A DNA stretch of 64,000 bases from an uncultured Thermoanaerobaculia bacterium (lineage in GTDB: Bacteria > Acidobacteriota > Thermoanaerobaculia > Multivoradales > Multivoraceae): positions 1,675,772 to 1,739,771 of the forward strand of contig OX638294.1 in assembly GCA_951812325.1 (NCBI GenBank), read 5' to 3'. Below, piece by piece: positions 50,340 through 61,747 of this stretch (within the stretch, counting starts at the first letter, position 1; each line of letters starts with the position of its first letter). Made by a program: the position numbers and the translations under genes. The notes below the pieces were generated by a model that was not told the DNA's origin, ran no database searches, and saw only the letters and a list, made by a program, of their open reading frames with translations.

Positions 50340-51468
50340 CACGCGCTTTCTCCAGATTCACACACTGCACGGGTACGCAGCCGTGCTGCTGAACCGTGAC
50401 GACTCCGGACTTGCCAAGAGGATTCTCTACGGCAATGCAATGCGGACGCGGGTTTCATCACAGTGTCTCAAGCGTCACTGGCGAGTAGCGGAGAGCCCCC
50501 ACGCGCTCCAGGCGATCGACGGCGCTGTTGCGAGCGTTCGGTCCCGCGAGACGGTGAGCCGGCGGGTGATTCAACCTCTCCTGGAAGCCGGCTACGACGC
50601 CGAGGTCATCAACGCGATCTCGAACGCCTTTCAGAAAGTCGTGTACGGCGACAAGGGCGACGACCGCGGCAGCCGCCAGCCCCTGCTTCTAGGCGAACCC
50701 GAGATCCAGTATCTGGCAGCGGAAGCACTCAGGATCGCGCAGGAAAACGGAACCGATGCCAAAACAGCTGAAAAGGCTGTCGCCAGTTGGCAAAAGAACT
50801 CCAAAGCGAATATGAAGACGCTGCGAGAGAGCTGCGCCATCCCGGGCGGAATCGTTGCCGCGCTCTTCGGGCGGATGGTCACGTCCGACGTGGAAGCGAA
50901 CATCGACGCCGCCGTACACGTCGCTCACGCATTCACAGTGCACCGGGAGGAGAGCGAAAGCGACTACTTCACGGTCGTCGACGATCTCCAGCGGGCAGAC
51001 GACGGTTCCGGCGCCGATCACATCGGCGAGACGGAACTGACCTCGGGGCTGTTCTACGGCTATGTCGTTCTGGACCGAAACGAGCTCGTCAACAACCTGG
51101 GCGGAGACGTCAGGATGGCCGGACAAGTCGCTCAGAGACTTGTGCATCTCATTGCCACCGTATCGCCCGGGGCCAAACTGGGACCGACAGCGCCCTACGG
51201 CTACGCAAGCTGGATGCTGGTTGAAGCCGGCGACCGGCAACCGCGGAGTTTGGCTGAGGCGTATCGTGAACCCTGCAGACCGAGCAGACCAGACGCCGAA
51301 GAGAAGTTGAGTCAATTCCTGAAAGGGATCGACGCACTGTACGAGACCGGTGAAACGCGCCGGTTCATCGGTCTTGATGAAGTGGAGGTCCCCGGCGCTG
51401 AGAGAGCAGCGACGCTTGGCGAACTCGCATCGTGGGCTGGCGCCGTTGTGAGCGAGGGTAGCGTCTGA
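50332..51468 (+). CDS. cas7: Cas7 (Cse4/CasC)
   Basis: FLQIHTL, LNRDDSG, RVSSQCLKRHWR, ALFGRM, VAHAFTVH, DYFTVVDD. Confidence 0.96.
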   Translation: MPDTRFLQIHTLHGYAAVLLNRDDSGLAKRILYGNAMRTRVSSQCLKRHWRVAESPHALQAIDGAVASVRSRETVSRRVIQPLLEAGYDAEVINAISNAFQKVVYGDKGDDRGSRQPLLLGEPEIQYLAAEALRIAQENGTDAKTAEKAVASWQKNSKANMKTLRESCAIPGGIVAALFGRMVTSDVEANIDAAVHVAHAFTVHREESESDYFTVVDDLQRADDGSGADHIGETELTSGLFYGYVVLDRNELVNNLGGDVRMAGQVAQRLVHLIATVSPGAKLGPTAPYGYASWMLVEAGDRQPRSLAEAYREPCRPSRPDAEEKLSQFLKGIDALYETGETRRFIGLDEVEVPGAERAATLGELASWAGAVVSEGSV

Positions 51469-52181
51469 TGCGTTGGATGCACCTGCGATTTCATGCCCCC
51501 ATGGCGGCATTCGGCGGTGAGATCGTCGACGCGCACGGCGTGATTCGGAACTTCCCGGCCCAATCGATGTTGACCGGCTTGCTGGCGAACGCGTTGGGCT
51601 GGGTACGGTCAATGCGCGCCGAGCATCAGGCGCTGCAGGATCGAATCGTCTTCGGCGCCGTATGGAGGAGGGATATCGGCCTGAGCCGCATGACGGACTA
51701 CCAGACGGCACAACTGGGCAAGAATGATCGAGCTTGGACCACAGGCGGTGTGCCAGCGGAACGCGGTGGTGGCGCGAAGACCTACATCGGGGCTCACCAA
51801 CGCTGGCGCGACTACCACGCGGACCTGAGAATGAGCATCGCGCTGAGACTGGAACCGGTTGAGACATCCCCAACCCTTGACGAGCTTCGAACCGCCCTTG
51901 ATTGGCCCGCAAGGCCGCTCTTCATCGGCCGCAAGAGCTGTCTGCCTTCGCTGCCGATCTTCGGGGGCTGGGCGGAGGGGGCCTCGGCCCGTGAGGCTTT
52001 GCAGGCCGTGGCGCCTGAGAGTTCGCCAGAGCTCTTCGCGTCCTGGCCAGCTACGGAGGGCGTGTCCGGTAGCGACCGAGTCACGACCGTAACCGACGAG
52101 AGAAACTGGGCCACCGGACTTCACGGCGGCGCCAGGGAGACCTGCGAGGGGTGGGTAACCCCTGGGCGAGGCGGCGCATGA
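51468..52181 (+). CDS. cas5: Cas5e (CasD)
   Basis: APMAAFG, FPAQSMLTGLLANALG, DYQT, RDYHAD, LFIGRKSC. Confidence 0.95.
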   Translation: MRWMHLRFHAPMAAFGGEIVDAHGVIRNFPAQSMLTGLLANALGWVRSMRAEHQALQDRIVFGAVWRRDIGLSRMTDYQTAQLGKNDRAWTTGGVPAERGGGAKTYIGAHQRWRDYHADLRMSIALRLEPVETSPTLDELRTALDWPARPLFIGRKSCLPSLPIFGGWAEGASAREALQAVAPESSPELFASWPATEGVSGSDRVTTVTDERNWATGLHGGARETCEGWVTPGRGGA

Positions 52182-52966
52182 AACTCAATCTGGTGCATGT
52201 TCCCCTGGACATGCGGGTGTTCAACCGGTGGGCCGGCGACCGCGGTGCAATGCGGCGCGGCACTTTCGATGCGGGCTACGCCTTCCACATTCTGTTGTCG
52301 GCAATGTTTGGAAAAGGAGTGCTCCAGCCTTTCCGCGTGTTCGCTGCGGAACGCCGGCGCAAAGCAGCCCTCTACGCGTACTCCCGCGCCGACCAGGGCG
52401 AGCTACGGAGAATGGCGGCCGCCGTGGCGCCGCCTGACTGCGAAGCCGTTGTCGATCCACGGCGTCTGCGGACGAAGGCGATGCCGGTGCGCTTTCGCGA
52501 GGGTCAGCGTTTCGGTTTTGACCTTCGGCTTAGACCCGTCCGCCGGCTCAGGAATGACCTGCCCGACCCGCAACTCGGCGCGTCGCTCAGAGGAGGGAGC
52601 GAAGTGGATGCGTTCCGACTGGAGTTGATTCGGAGGTCGCCGCAAGGCCCGATTGAACGGGAAGGAAGATCCGCGGCCGGAGCCAGTTTCACGCGTGAGT
52701 CCGTGTATGAAGAGTGGCTGGCTGAACGACTCGGTGCTGCTGCGAGCGTGGAGCACTGCGAAATGGTCGCCTTTCAGCGGACCCGCGTCATCCGTGGCGA
52801 CAACAGGGGCCCAGAGGGGCCCGATTCAACCCTCCACGGCACGATGGTGGTCACCAGCGAGGATGAGTTCGCGGGAGTTCTCCGCAGAGGAGTCGGGCGC
52901 CACCGCGCCTACGGATACGGCATGCTGCTTCTCCGACCCCCAAGTCGCCGCGAACTCAGGTGCTGA
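52178..52966 (+). CDS. cas6e: Cas6e (Cse3/CasE)
   Basis: C-terminal Gly-rich loop GVGRHRAYGYGMLLL; DAGYAFH. Confidence 0.93.
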   Translation: MKLNLVHVPLDMRVFNRWAGDRGAMRRGTFDAGYAFHILLSAMFGKGVLQPFRVFAAERRRKAALYAYSRADQGELRRMAAAVAPPDCEAVVDPRRLRTKAMPVRFREGQRFGFDLRLRPVRRLRNDLPDPQLGASLRGGSEVDAFRLELIRRSPQGPIEREGRSAAGASFTRESVYEEWLAERLGAAASVEHCEMVAFQRTRVIRGDNRGPEGPDSTLHGTMVVTSEDEFAGVLRRGVGRHRAYGYGMLLLRPPSRRELRC

Positions 52967-53869
52967 ATGCTCAAGGGGCGCCTTGGGCTTGAAACGGCCC
53001 GGATTCCACACGCCGACCGCGCCGGTCTCCTGTGGCTTGCCAGAGGCTCGTTGACAGCGCGCGACGGCACGCTGTCCTTTGAACGCGGGCCGGAACCAAC
53101 AGAGAACGACCCGCTTGATCCAGGCCGTTACGGAATACCCCTGCAAGGCGTGTCGATGATTCTGCTCGGCCCTGGGTCGACCGTGAGTCACGATGCTCTC
53201 CGGCTGCTGGCAAGGCACGGCACTGCGCTCGCGGCGGTCGGCGAGAACGGCGTGCGGTGCTACACAGCGCCACCACTCATTGCCAACCGTTCCGGCCTTG
53301 CACGACGACAGGCTCGCGCGTGGGCGGACCCGAGCACCCGCCTCTACCTCGCTCGGCGCATGTACGCATGGAGGATGGGGGAAGTTCTGCCCAATGAGAA
53401 CATCGCGGTTCTGCGCGGCATGGAAGGCGCCCGCATGAAGGAAACCTATCGTTTGGCAGCCATCCAGGCCGGCATCGACTGGCGAGGGCGCCGCTACGAC
53501 AGGGCACGACCGGGCGCCGCCGACCTGCCCAACCAGGCCCTCAACCACGCCGTGAGCGCGGTTGAGGCGGCTGCCGCCATCGCCGTGTCCGCGACGGCAA
53601 CCCTGCCGCAACTCGGCTTCATCCATGAAGATCCCGGCCAGTCATTCGTGCTTGACATTACCGACCTCTTCCGCGACACGATCACGATACCGGTGGCGTT
53701 CCGCTCGGCTCGACGGGTGGCGGAGAGCGCAGGCCGCCAGAACATCGAGCGGGTTACCCGCCGCGAGTGCGGACGAACCCTGCAACGGGAACGGACCATC
53801 CCGAAGATGATCGGCCGCATCAAGGCGCTCTTTGAAGACGTGAAGGCCCCCTCCCCGGGGAGTTTGTAG
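52967..53869 (+). CDS. cas1: Type I-E Cas1
   Basis: LLGPGSTVSH, LRGMEGARMK, NQALN, LGFIH, FVLDITD. Confidence 0.96.
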   Translation: MLKGRLGLETARIPHADRAGLLWLARGSLTARDGTLSFERGPEPTENDPLDPGRYGIPLQGVSMILLGPGSTVSHDALRLLARHGTALAAVGENGVRCYTAPPLIANRSGLARRQARAWADPSTRLYLARRMYAWRMGEVLPNENIAVLRGMEGARMKETYRLAAIQAGIDWRGRRYDRARPGAADLPNQALNHAVSAVEAAAAIAVSATATLPQLGFIHEDPGQSFVLDITDLFRDTITIPVAFRSARRVAESAGRQNIERVTRRECGRTLQRERTIPKMIGRIKALFEDVKAPSPGSL

Positions 53870-53873
53870 GACT

Positions 53874-54164
53874 ATGCCCATGACCGTGGTTGTGACCCGA
53901 GACGTCGAAGCCAGGTACCGGGGTTTCCTCGCATCGGCCATGCTTGAAGTGGCTCCAGGGGTCTACGTTTCTCCGGATCTCTCGGCCGGCGTGCGCGAGA
54001 GAATCTGGGTTGTCGTCGAAGACTGGTTCGCCACCTTGGGCAACGGCGCAGTTGCCATGATCTGGCGGGACGCCACCGCGGCGGGAGGCTTGGCGCTCCG
54101 CCATCTTGGCGACCCACCAAAGGACATCTGGGACGCCGACGGCGTCCTGCTGGTGAGGAGGTAG
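53874..54164 (+). CDS. cas2: Type I-E Cas2, no exonuclease fusion
   Basis: RYRGFLASAMLEVAPGVYV, VRERIW, DADGVLLV. Confidence 0.95.
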   Translation: MPMTVVVTRDVEARYRGFLASAMLEVAPGVYVSPDLSAGVRERIWVVVEDWFATLGNGAVAMIWRDATAAGGLALRHLGDPPKDIWDADGVLLVRR

Positions 54165-54294
54165 TGATCTCTGCCGATCCTCGCTCTTTGAAATCTGAGA
54201 CGAGCCAAGCCCCATCCCGGACCTCGCTGCCGGATCAGCTCGGAACCAGCGCGGGACTGGACTTGACTCGGACGAATCGGCCAAAATGGCCAGA
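54165..54294 (+). promoter_or_regulatory. CRISPR leader
   Basis: 130-bp non-coding segment between cas2 and the first repeat, containing GCTCTTTGAAATC. Confidence 0.7.
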
Positions 54295-57200
54295 GGTTCC
54301 CCCGCACCCGCGGGGATAGACCCCTGGTTCTCCCGTGGTGGATTTAGCCTCGTCGGGTTCCCCCGCACCCGCGGGGATAGACCCGGCTCCAAGGTCGTTC
54401 TCGACATGGCCGAATAGGTTCCCCCGCACCCGCGGGGATAGACCCGCGCTACCGCGTGTTCACCGAACCGGACGGCTGGTTCCCCCGCACCCGCGGGGAT
54501 AGACCCTCGGTCACCGTGGCGGCGTCCGCAACCGCGGCGGTTCCCCCGCACCCGCGGGGATAGACCCCACGCGATCCGCTTCAACGCGCCGCGCGCGCAG
54601 GTTCCCCCGCACCCGCGGGGATAGACCCACCAGCCTCGGAATCCGGGGCGCAACGGAAGGGGTTCCCCCGCACCCGCGGGGATAGACCCAGGGTTCACAC
54701 CTTCTCTGACGGCAGCATTATGGTTCCCCCGCACCCGCGGGGATAGACCCGTCGTATGCACCGTCTCCGGCAGCGGAGGCGGGGTTCCCCCGCACCCGCG
54801 GGGATAGACCTGGACGCCGCGGATTCATGGTGCAGCCATGGGCGGTTCCCCCGCACCCGCGGGGATAGACCCACTCACGCGCATACGCGCGAAGGGGGGG
54901 AAGAGGTTCCCCCGCACCCGCGGGGATAGACCCTGCCGGACCTCCCCGCCGGCTTCCACGGCGTAGGTTCCCCCGCACCCGCGGGGATAGACCCGTCATA
55001 CAGGTGCACAATCTCGAGTTGACGTTGGTTCCCCCGCACCCGCGGGGATAGACCCGCGTTTTTCGCGCCCTGCGTCGGGACAAAATCGGTTCCCCCGCAC
55101 CCGCGGGGATAGACCCCGATTCAGCACGACCGAGAGATTGTCGGCGGCGGTTCCCCCGCACCCGCGGGGATAGACCTGCTCGAGATAGGACGTCGGAGCG
55201 AGCACCTGCGGTTCCCCCGCACCCGCGGGGATAGACCCACCGCCGGCAACGACTCGCCGATCCAGCATCTGGTTCCCCCGCACCCGCGGGGATAGACCGC
55301 TGCCGCTGATCGCCGAGGGCCGCGAGCACAAGGTTCCCCCGCACCCGCGGGGATAGACCCCAGGGATTTCCTGTTCCTGGACAGTGTGAAGGGGTTCCCC
55401 CGCACCCGCGGGGATAGACCCTACGCGTTCCAGCTAGCCGAGGAGCCGGGCGGGGTTCCCCCGCACCCGCGGGGATAGACCCGGTCCGCAACGAGATCCA
55501 CCAGTGCAGACCGGGGTTCCCCCGCACCCGCGGGGATAGACCCTCCTCGCCGGCCCGACGGACGCGGCGGCGGATGGTTCCCCCGCACCCGCGGGGATAG
55601 ACCCCAGATCCGGTGCAGCCGCCCCGGCGGATCGCCGGTTCCCCCGCACCCGCGGGGATAGACCTGGTTTAGGTTCGGGGCCTATCCTTGTGTTTGGGGT
55701 TCCCCCGCACCCGCGGGGATAGACCCTGCTCGCCCGCGTGCTCGACGGTCTCCCCGGCGGTTCCCCCGCACCCGCGGGGATAGACCCGGGCCATTACGTC
55801 AAGATGCCTATCCCTACGGGGTTCCCCCGCACCCGCGGGGATAGACCCTCGTAGCGGCGGTCCCCTTCGTCATCCTCGGTGGTTCCCCCGCACCCGCGGG
55901 GATAGACCCCTGCACCGCGATAATCAACTGTCGTAGGGTCAGGTTCCCCCGCACCCGCGGGGATAGACCCCTTGCCGTCCGGCGACATGAGGATGGCTGA
56001 GCGGTTCCCCCGCACCCGCGGGGATAGACCGTGGTAGATGGTGTTCAGCCGATTGACTGCGCTGGTTCCCCCGCACCCGCGGGGATAGACCCGTCCTGGA
56101 CCGCAAGCGCATCTGCCGCGTCTGGGTTCCCCCGCACCCGCGGGGATAGACCCCGTATCCGTTGCGCGACGGCTCCTGGGGCTGCGGTTCCCCCGCACCC
56201 GCGGGGATAGACCCCTGCCGCCGGCAGTGAGGATTTGGAGGATTGGGGTTCCCCCGCACCCGCGGGGATAGACCCAGGCGGCATACGAACAGGAGGCAGA
56301 GGAAGATGGTTCCCCCGCACCCGCGGGGATAGACCCGGCCAAGGCTTCGCGGCCCAATACGGTCCGGTGGTTCCCCCGCACCCGCGGGGATAGACCCCTG
56401 CGGGTCGACGAGCATTTTCGCCCGCAGGCGGTTCCCCCGCACCCGCGGGGATAGACCCGAGTTACAGGCGTAAGTCCGCCCGGATTGTCAGGTTCCCCCG
56501 CACCCGCGGGGATAGACCCTCCCCTCACCCGGCCACCATTGAACGCGCCCTGGTTCCCCCGCACCCGCGGGGATAGACCTCCACGACTCGGTTCCGTGGG
56601 CCAGTGTGGCGCGGTTCCCCCGCACCCGCGGGGATAGACCTCGTTAGCCTCGCACTCCAGGACCGGGCAAGTGGGTTCCCCCGCACCCGCGGGGATAGAC
56701 CCCGCTATGGGAACAGTGTCCAGGGCGAGGCTAAGGTTCCCCCGCACCCGCGGGGATAGACCCTTCCGCAGGTCGTCAGAGAGGACTCCGGGACGGGTTC
56801 CCCCGCACCCGCGGGGATAGACCCCGTCAACTGAGCTGACTGCTCAACAAACAGTCGGTTCCCCCGCACCCGCGGGGATAGACCCTGCTGGCCGCCGATC
56901 AGCACGGCAACGGCGACGGTTCCCCCGCACCCGCGGGGATAGACCCTTGGCCTATGGCGCCCACGATATCGCCGTACAGGTTCCCCCGCACCCGCGGGGA
57001 TAGACCGCAGTCCCCGAGGAGCCCGCCGCGACCAGTGCCGGTTCCCCCGCACCCGCGGGGATAGACCCGGGAGACTCGGGCGGCGACTCCGGTTCCGTCA
57101 GGTTCCCCCGCACCCGCGGGGATAGACCCTCGGGCTCCGAGCGGGCCGCGTCAGGCAGCCCGGTTCCCCCGCACCCGCGGGGATAGACCCCCTTGTGGCA

Positions 57201-58897
57201 TAAGGACTTAGTGAGGCGTAAGGGTTCCCCCGCACCCGCGGGGATAGACCCCGCGATACGCGCTGGCTATCGCCGGCGGCTGCGGTTCCCCCGCACCCGC
57301 GGGGATAGACCCAGACTGAGGGAGAATCCACGATGAAGGGCTACGGTTCCCCCGCACCCGCGGGGATAGACCCCGAAGCGCCTTGAGGCCGACTTCATGC
57401 GCCACGGTTCCCCCGCACCCGCGGGGATAGACCCACCGGGCAATTCCGCAACCCGGACGGGACGCCGGTTCCCCCGCACCCGCGGGGATAGACCTCTGCC
57501 CGCGCTGTGGACCGACGAGACCCAGCGGGTTCCCCCGCACCCGCGGGGATAGACCCGTCGGCGTCAGCCAGTTGAATCCCTCCGAGCCGGTTCCCCCGCA
57601 CCCGCGGGGATAGACCCAGCCTGTAGCCTTTGGCGAGGATCTGCCGCCAGGTTCCCCCGCACCCGCGGGGATAGACCGTAAGCAAGGCAAACGATTCATG
57701 CAATACGGCTGGTTCCCCCGCACCCGCGGGGATAGACCCGTCGTAGATCACGCAAGGCGCGGTACAATACTGGTTCCCCCGCACCCGCGGGGATAGACCG
57801 CCCGAAGAACAGATCATCCTCAAGCTCCTCGAGGTTCCCCCGCACCCGCGGGGATAGACCGCCTATCAGCATGACCCGACAGGTGTTGGAATGGGTTCCC
57901 CCGCACCCGCGGGGATAGACCCCTCTATTGCTGCATCAAGTCAGAATGCGGCTCGGTTCCCCCGCACCCGCGGGGATAGACCCGTCGTATAGGTGCACAA
58001 GTTCAAGTTGACCTTGGTTCCCCCGCACCCGCGGGGATAGACCCGTGACGTTCGGCCGGGCCACCGCCGACTGGCCGGTTCCCCCGCACCCGCGGGGATA
58101 GACCCCGCCGCGTCCGGCAGGTCGTCGATCACCAGAGGGTTCCCCCGCACCCGCGGGGATAGACCCTACGCGCTGAACCTGGCCGCGGACCGCCTGGTGG
58201 TTCCCCCGCACCCGCGGGGATAGACCCACGGCGCGCCGATGACGCAACCACCACAAGGAGGTTCCCCCGCACCCGCGGGGATAGACCCCATGATCCGCGA
58301 CGGCGGACTCACGGGCTTCAGGTTCCCCCGCACCCGCGGGGATAGACCCTTCCGCTGCTCTGGCGTGGCCGCGAACCAGTGGGTTCCCCCGCACCCGCGG
58401 GGATAGACCCTGATGACGAACCGCTCTGAAAGGGCAGAGGAGGGTTCCCCCGCACCCGCGGGGATAGACCCCGCTACGGCGCCGGCACCGCCGCCGTTGT
58501 CCGGGTTCCCCCGCACCCGCGGGGATAGACCCTCACCGCTGTCGCCGCGGCAGTGGCAGTCGGTGGTTCCCCCGCACCCGCGGGGATAGACCCTTGAAGT
58601 CGATCACCCAGAGTCTCTCGTCCTTGGTTCCCCCGCACCCGCGGGGATAGACCCTTGTACTCGTGGTTCTTGTACTCCACGTCGAAGGTTCCCCCGCACC
58701 CGCGGGGATAGACCCGGCCGATCAGGCTGACCGAGTCCGAACGCGCGGGTTGCCCCGCACCCGCGGGGATAGACCTTTCGCAAGTGCGGACTTGGCCCAC
58801 ACCTGTTTGGTTCCCCCGCACCCGCGGGGATAGACCCGAGATGGTCGGCTACGACGAGGCCGTCGCGGCGGTTCCCCCGCACCCGCGGGGATAGACC
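54295..58897 (+). CRISPR. Type I-E array: 76 repeats (GGTTCCCCCGCACCCGCGGGGATAGACC, 28 bp) and 75 spacers of 33 bp
   Basis: Strict 61-bp period from 54295 to 58870; hairpin CCCCGC-ACCC-GCGGGG; one variant repeat noticed (C>G at 58752). Confidence 0.98.
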
Positions 58898-58900
58898 TAT

Positions 58901-60391
58901 CAGCCCGTGGTGAAAGTCGCCCTGGCGCGAGTCTGCATGGGTGGTAGTATTGGTCCATGTCTATGGGCAAGAAGGGTAGTGGTGGGAATCAGGAGCCTCT
59001 CTGGGTGTCGGGAACGGATCTTCCCAGAAGCTCTGGTCACCCGTTCTATGAGCGGTTGAACGAGGTCCTGGAGTCGGCGGGATTCGACGAGTTCGTGGAG
59101 TCGGCGTGTGCGGGGTTCTACGCTGATCGGATGGGGCGTCCGAGCCTGCGTCCGGGCCGGTACTTCCGGCTGTTTCTGTTGGGCTACTTCGAGGGTCTGG
59201 ACTCGGAGCGGGGAATCGCCTGGCGGGCTCAGGATTCCCTGAGCGTTCGCTGGTTCCTGGACTTGGGTGTAACCGAATCGGCGCCGGATCATTCGACGAT
59301 TTCCCGCACTCGGCGGCGGATCGACTTGGAGACTCACAAGCGAGTGTTTTCGTGGGTTCTCGGCCGTTTGGCGGAGTCCGGGCTGGTGTCGGGCAAGACG
59401 TTGGGCGTGGATGCGACGACTCTGGAGGCGAACGCGGCACTGCGCAGCATCGTGCGGCGGGACACCGGGGCGGACTACGATGAGTTCGTGCGGGGTCTGG
59501 CGGAGGCCTCGGGCGTGCCCACACTGACGCGGGCGGATTTGGTCCGTTTCGACCGCAAGCGCAAGAAGAAGCTGCCGAACGAGGAGTGGCAGAATCCTCA
59601 CGATCGGGAGGCTGAGATCACGAAGATGAAGGATGGCCGCACGCACTTGGCGTACAAGGCGGAACAGGCGGTGGATCTGGAGAACGGGACCATCCTGGGC
59701 GTGACGATTCATGGCGGCGCGAAGGGCGATACGGATTCGCTGTCCGAGACGCTTGAGGAGACGTTCGAGCAGGTGGAGTCGGCACTCGGAGACTCGTGGG
59801 CGATCCAGGAGGTGGTTGCAGACAAGGGCTACCACAGCAACGGCGTTCTCGCCTCGATGGACGAGTTGGGGCTTCGCAGCTATATCGCCGAACCGAACCG
59901 CGGTCGCCGTCGTTGGAAGGGCAAGAAGGACCTGCAGGCAATCGTTTACGCGAACCGTCGACGGATTCGAGGGGATCGGAGCAAGCGGCTGCATCGTCAG
60001 CGTGGCGAACTCCTTGAACGACCGTTTGCTCATCAGTTCGAGACCGGCGGCATGAGGCGACTGCATCTGCGCGGGTGCCGCAATGTGCTCAAGCGCGTCT
60101 GCATTCATGCCTGCGGCTTCAATCTCGGCCTCCTGATGCGTCAGCTCGTGGGGGTTGGAACGCCACGGGCCCTCCAGAGCCGCTCCGCGGCGGTCCGGCG
60201 CGCCCTCGCTGGCCGATGTACGCCGCTTTGGCAGCCCCTTGCAGCGTCAATTCGGCGAATCTTCGCCCGATGGCTGGGAAACCGCTTCGAGGTGAGACCC
60301 GGAATCAACTTCGTCTCTTTCGGCACCGAGCAACCGCGACTCTGAACCAACCGCCCGGCTCCGGCCGCACGACGACTTCTGCCACGGGCTG
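58901..60391 (+). mobile_element. IS1182-family insertion sequence, 1491 bp
   Basis: IRs CAGCCCGTGGTGAAAGTCG / CGACTTCTGCCACGGGCTG; 4-bp target duplication CTAT (58897-58900, 60392-60395). Confidence 0.9.
58957..60345 (+). CDS. IS1182-family DDE transposase
   Basis: GRPS, GYFEGLDSER, PDHSTISRTRRR, VDAT, VADKGY. Confidence 0.9.
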   Translation: MSMGKKGSGGNQEPLWVSGTDLPRSSGHPFYERLNEVLESAGFDEFVESACAGFYADRMGRPSLRPGRYFRLFLLGYFEGLDSERGIAWRAQDSLSVRWFLDLGVTESAPDHSTISRTRRRIDLETHKRVFSWVLGRLAESGLVSGKTLGVDATTLEANAALRSIVRRDTGADYDEFVRGLAEASGVPTLTRADLVRFDRKRKKKLPNEEWQNPHDREAEITKMKDGRTHLAYKAEQAVDLENGTILGVTIHGGAKGDTDSLSETLEETFEQVESALGDSWAIQEVVADKGYHSNGVLASMDELGLRSYIAEPNRGRRRWKGKKDLQAIVYANRRRIRGDRSKRLHRQRGELLERPFAHQFETGGMRRLHLRGCRNVLKRVCIHACGFNLGLLMRQLVGVGTPRALQSRSAAVRRALAGRCTPLWQPLAASIRRIFARWLGNRFEVRPGINFVSFGTEQPRL

Positions 60392-60402
60392 CTATCACTG
60401 TA

Positions 60403-60715
60403 CGGATCATCCGCAGGCGCTCGGCCCGGCTCAGTGCCCGAGCCCCCTGGACAAGAAATCCCGCTCGACCGTCAACTCCCCGATCTTCGCGTGCAGGTCC
60501 CTGATCTCCTCCGCGTGGTCCCGCCGCCGCTCCGGACCGGCCGAAAAGGTCTCCTTCATCCCCTCGATCGCCTTGCGCTTCCAACTGCTCACCTGATTCG
60601 GGTGAATCCCGTGGCGAGACGCGATCGCCGAAATCGGCTTCTCCTCGCGCAGCGCCTCAAGCGCCACCCTCGACTTGAAAGCCGCCGTGAACTTCCGACG
60701 CTTCCTCACGGAACC
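60403..60715 (-). pseudogene. Truncated IS3-family element (orfA 60431-60709 and first codons of orfB)
   Basis: RKFTAAFKSRVALEAL, IHPNQVSSWK, LHAKIGELTVERDFL; orfB breaks after LSRAERLRMI. Confidence 0.85.
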
Positions 60716-60748
60716 TGTCAACGACATTGACACAGCGGTGTTCTGGGT

Positions 60749-61747
60749 TTACTGAGTCGTTTCTGCAGTCTCGCTGTCGGGTTTGTTGATCCACACAGCC
60801 TGGGGCAGTGGCGGGTGCACGGGCACGCCGCCGCCGAATCGTTCAGGGTGGCGTTTCCAGGCTGCTCTCAGGGTGCGCTGGCGCTGCTCGATGACGGCCT
60901 GGGCCCGGCCGTAGTGGACGGTCTCGGGTGTGAGCATGGCGATTCCGGCATGGCGGTGTTCCGTGTTGTACCAGGGGAAGAACGATCGGCAGTAGTCGGT
61001 CGCGGCGTCCTGGCCGGGGAAGCGGCCCGGGAAGTCGGGGTGGTACTTGAGCGTCTTGAACTGGGCTTCGGAGTAGGGGTTGTCGTCGCTGACCCGAGGG
61101 CGGCCGAGGGACCGGTTCACGCCGAGGCGCGCGAGCAGTTGAGCGGTGGCCTGGCTGGTCATGGGGGCGCCTCGATCGGAATGCAGCGTCAGGACATCGG
61201 GCTTGACGCCGTGCTTGAGGCAGGTCTCCTCGATGAGCCTTTGGGCGAGCGCGGAGTTTTCGCGGTCGGCGACCATCCAGCCGACCGCGTAGCGGCTGTA
61301 GAGGTCAAGCAGGACGTAGAGGTAGTAGTAGTTCCAGGTCTGCGGTCCGAGCAGCCTGGTGATGTCCCACGACCAGACCTGGTTGGGCACGGTGGCGACC
61401 AGCTCCGGCTTGGCGTACTGCGGGTGAACCCGCTGGTTGCGGCGGTCCTTCACCGGGTGATTCGCTTCGAGAATGCGGTACATCGTGCGCTCCGAGCACA
61501 GGTACCGGCCCTCGTCGAGCAGGGTGGCCACTACTTCTCCCGGCGAACGATCGACGAAACGAGGCGACGCAAGCGTGGCCTCGACCCGTTTCCGCTCGAC
61601 TTCGCTCAGTGCCCGGGCAGGCGTGGGGCGGGGCTGCCGTCGCCCGGGAGCGGGCCTCGCGCGACGATAGAAGGTCGACCGCGACACGCCCAGCGCCCGG
61701 CACGCCGGCGCGACGCCGACCTGCCGGGCCAGGGACCTTGCCGCCAT
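60749..61747 (-). CDS. IS3-family OrfB (rve integrase core)
   Basis: PNQVWSWDIT, LDLYSR, LHSDRG, DNPYSEAQFKTLK, WYNTEHRH; TGATG overlap with orfA. Confidence 0.92.
   Translation of the reverse strand: MAARSLARQVGVAPACRALGVSRSTFYRRARPAPGRRQPRPTPARALSEVERKRVEATLASPRFVDRSPGEVVATLLDEGRYLCSERTMYRILEANHPVKDRRNQRVHPQYAKPELVATVPNQVWSWDITRLLGPQTWNYYYLYVLLDLYSRYAVGWMVADRENSALAQRLIEETCLKHGVKPDVLTLHSDRGAPMTSQATAQLLARLGVNRSLGRPRVSDDNPYSEAQFKTLKYHPDFPGRFPGQDAATDYCRSFFPWYNTEHRHAGIAMLTPETVHYGRAQAVIEQRQRTLRAAWKRHPERFGGGVPVHPPLPQAVWINKPDSETAETTQ

Noticed and set aside
54295-58897. Self-targeting spacers in the main array
   Set aside because: None noticed by eye against this window; this is not exhaustive and needs BLAST against the genome.
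53820-58970. Many minus-strand ORFs with GLSPRVRGN/GSIPAGAGEP/VYPRGCGGT repeats
   Set aside because: They are translations of the CRISPR repeats, not proteins.
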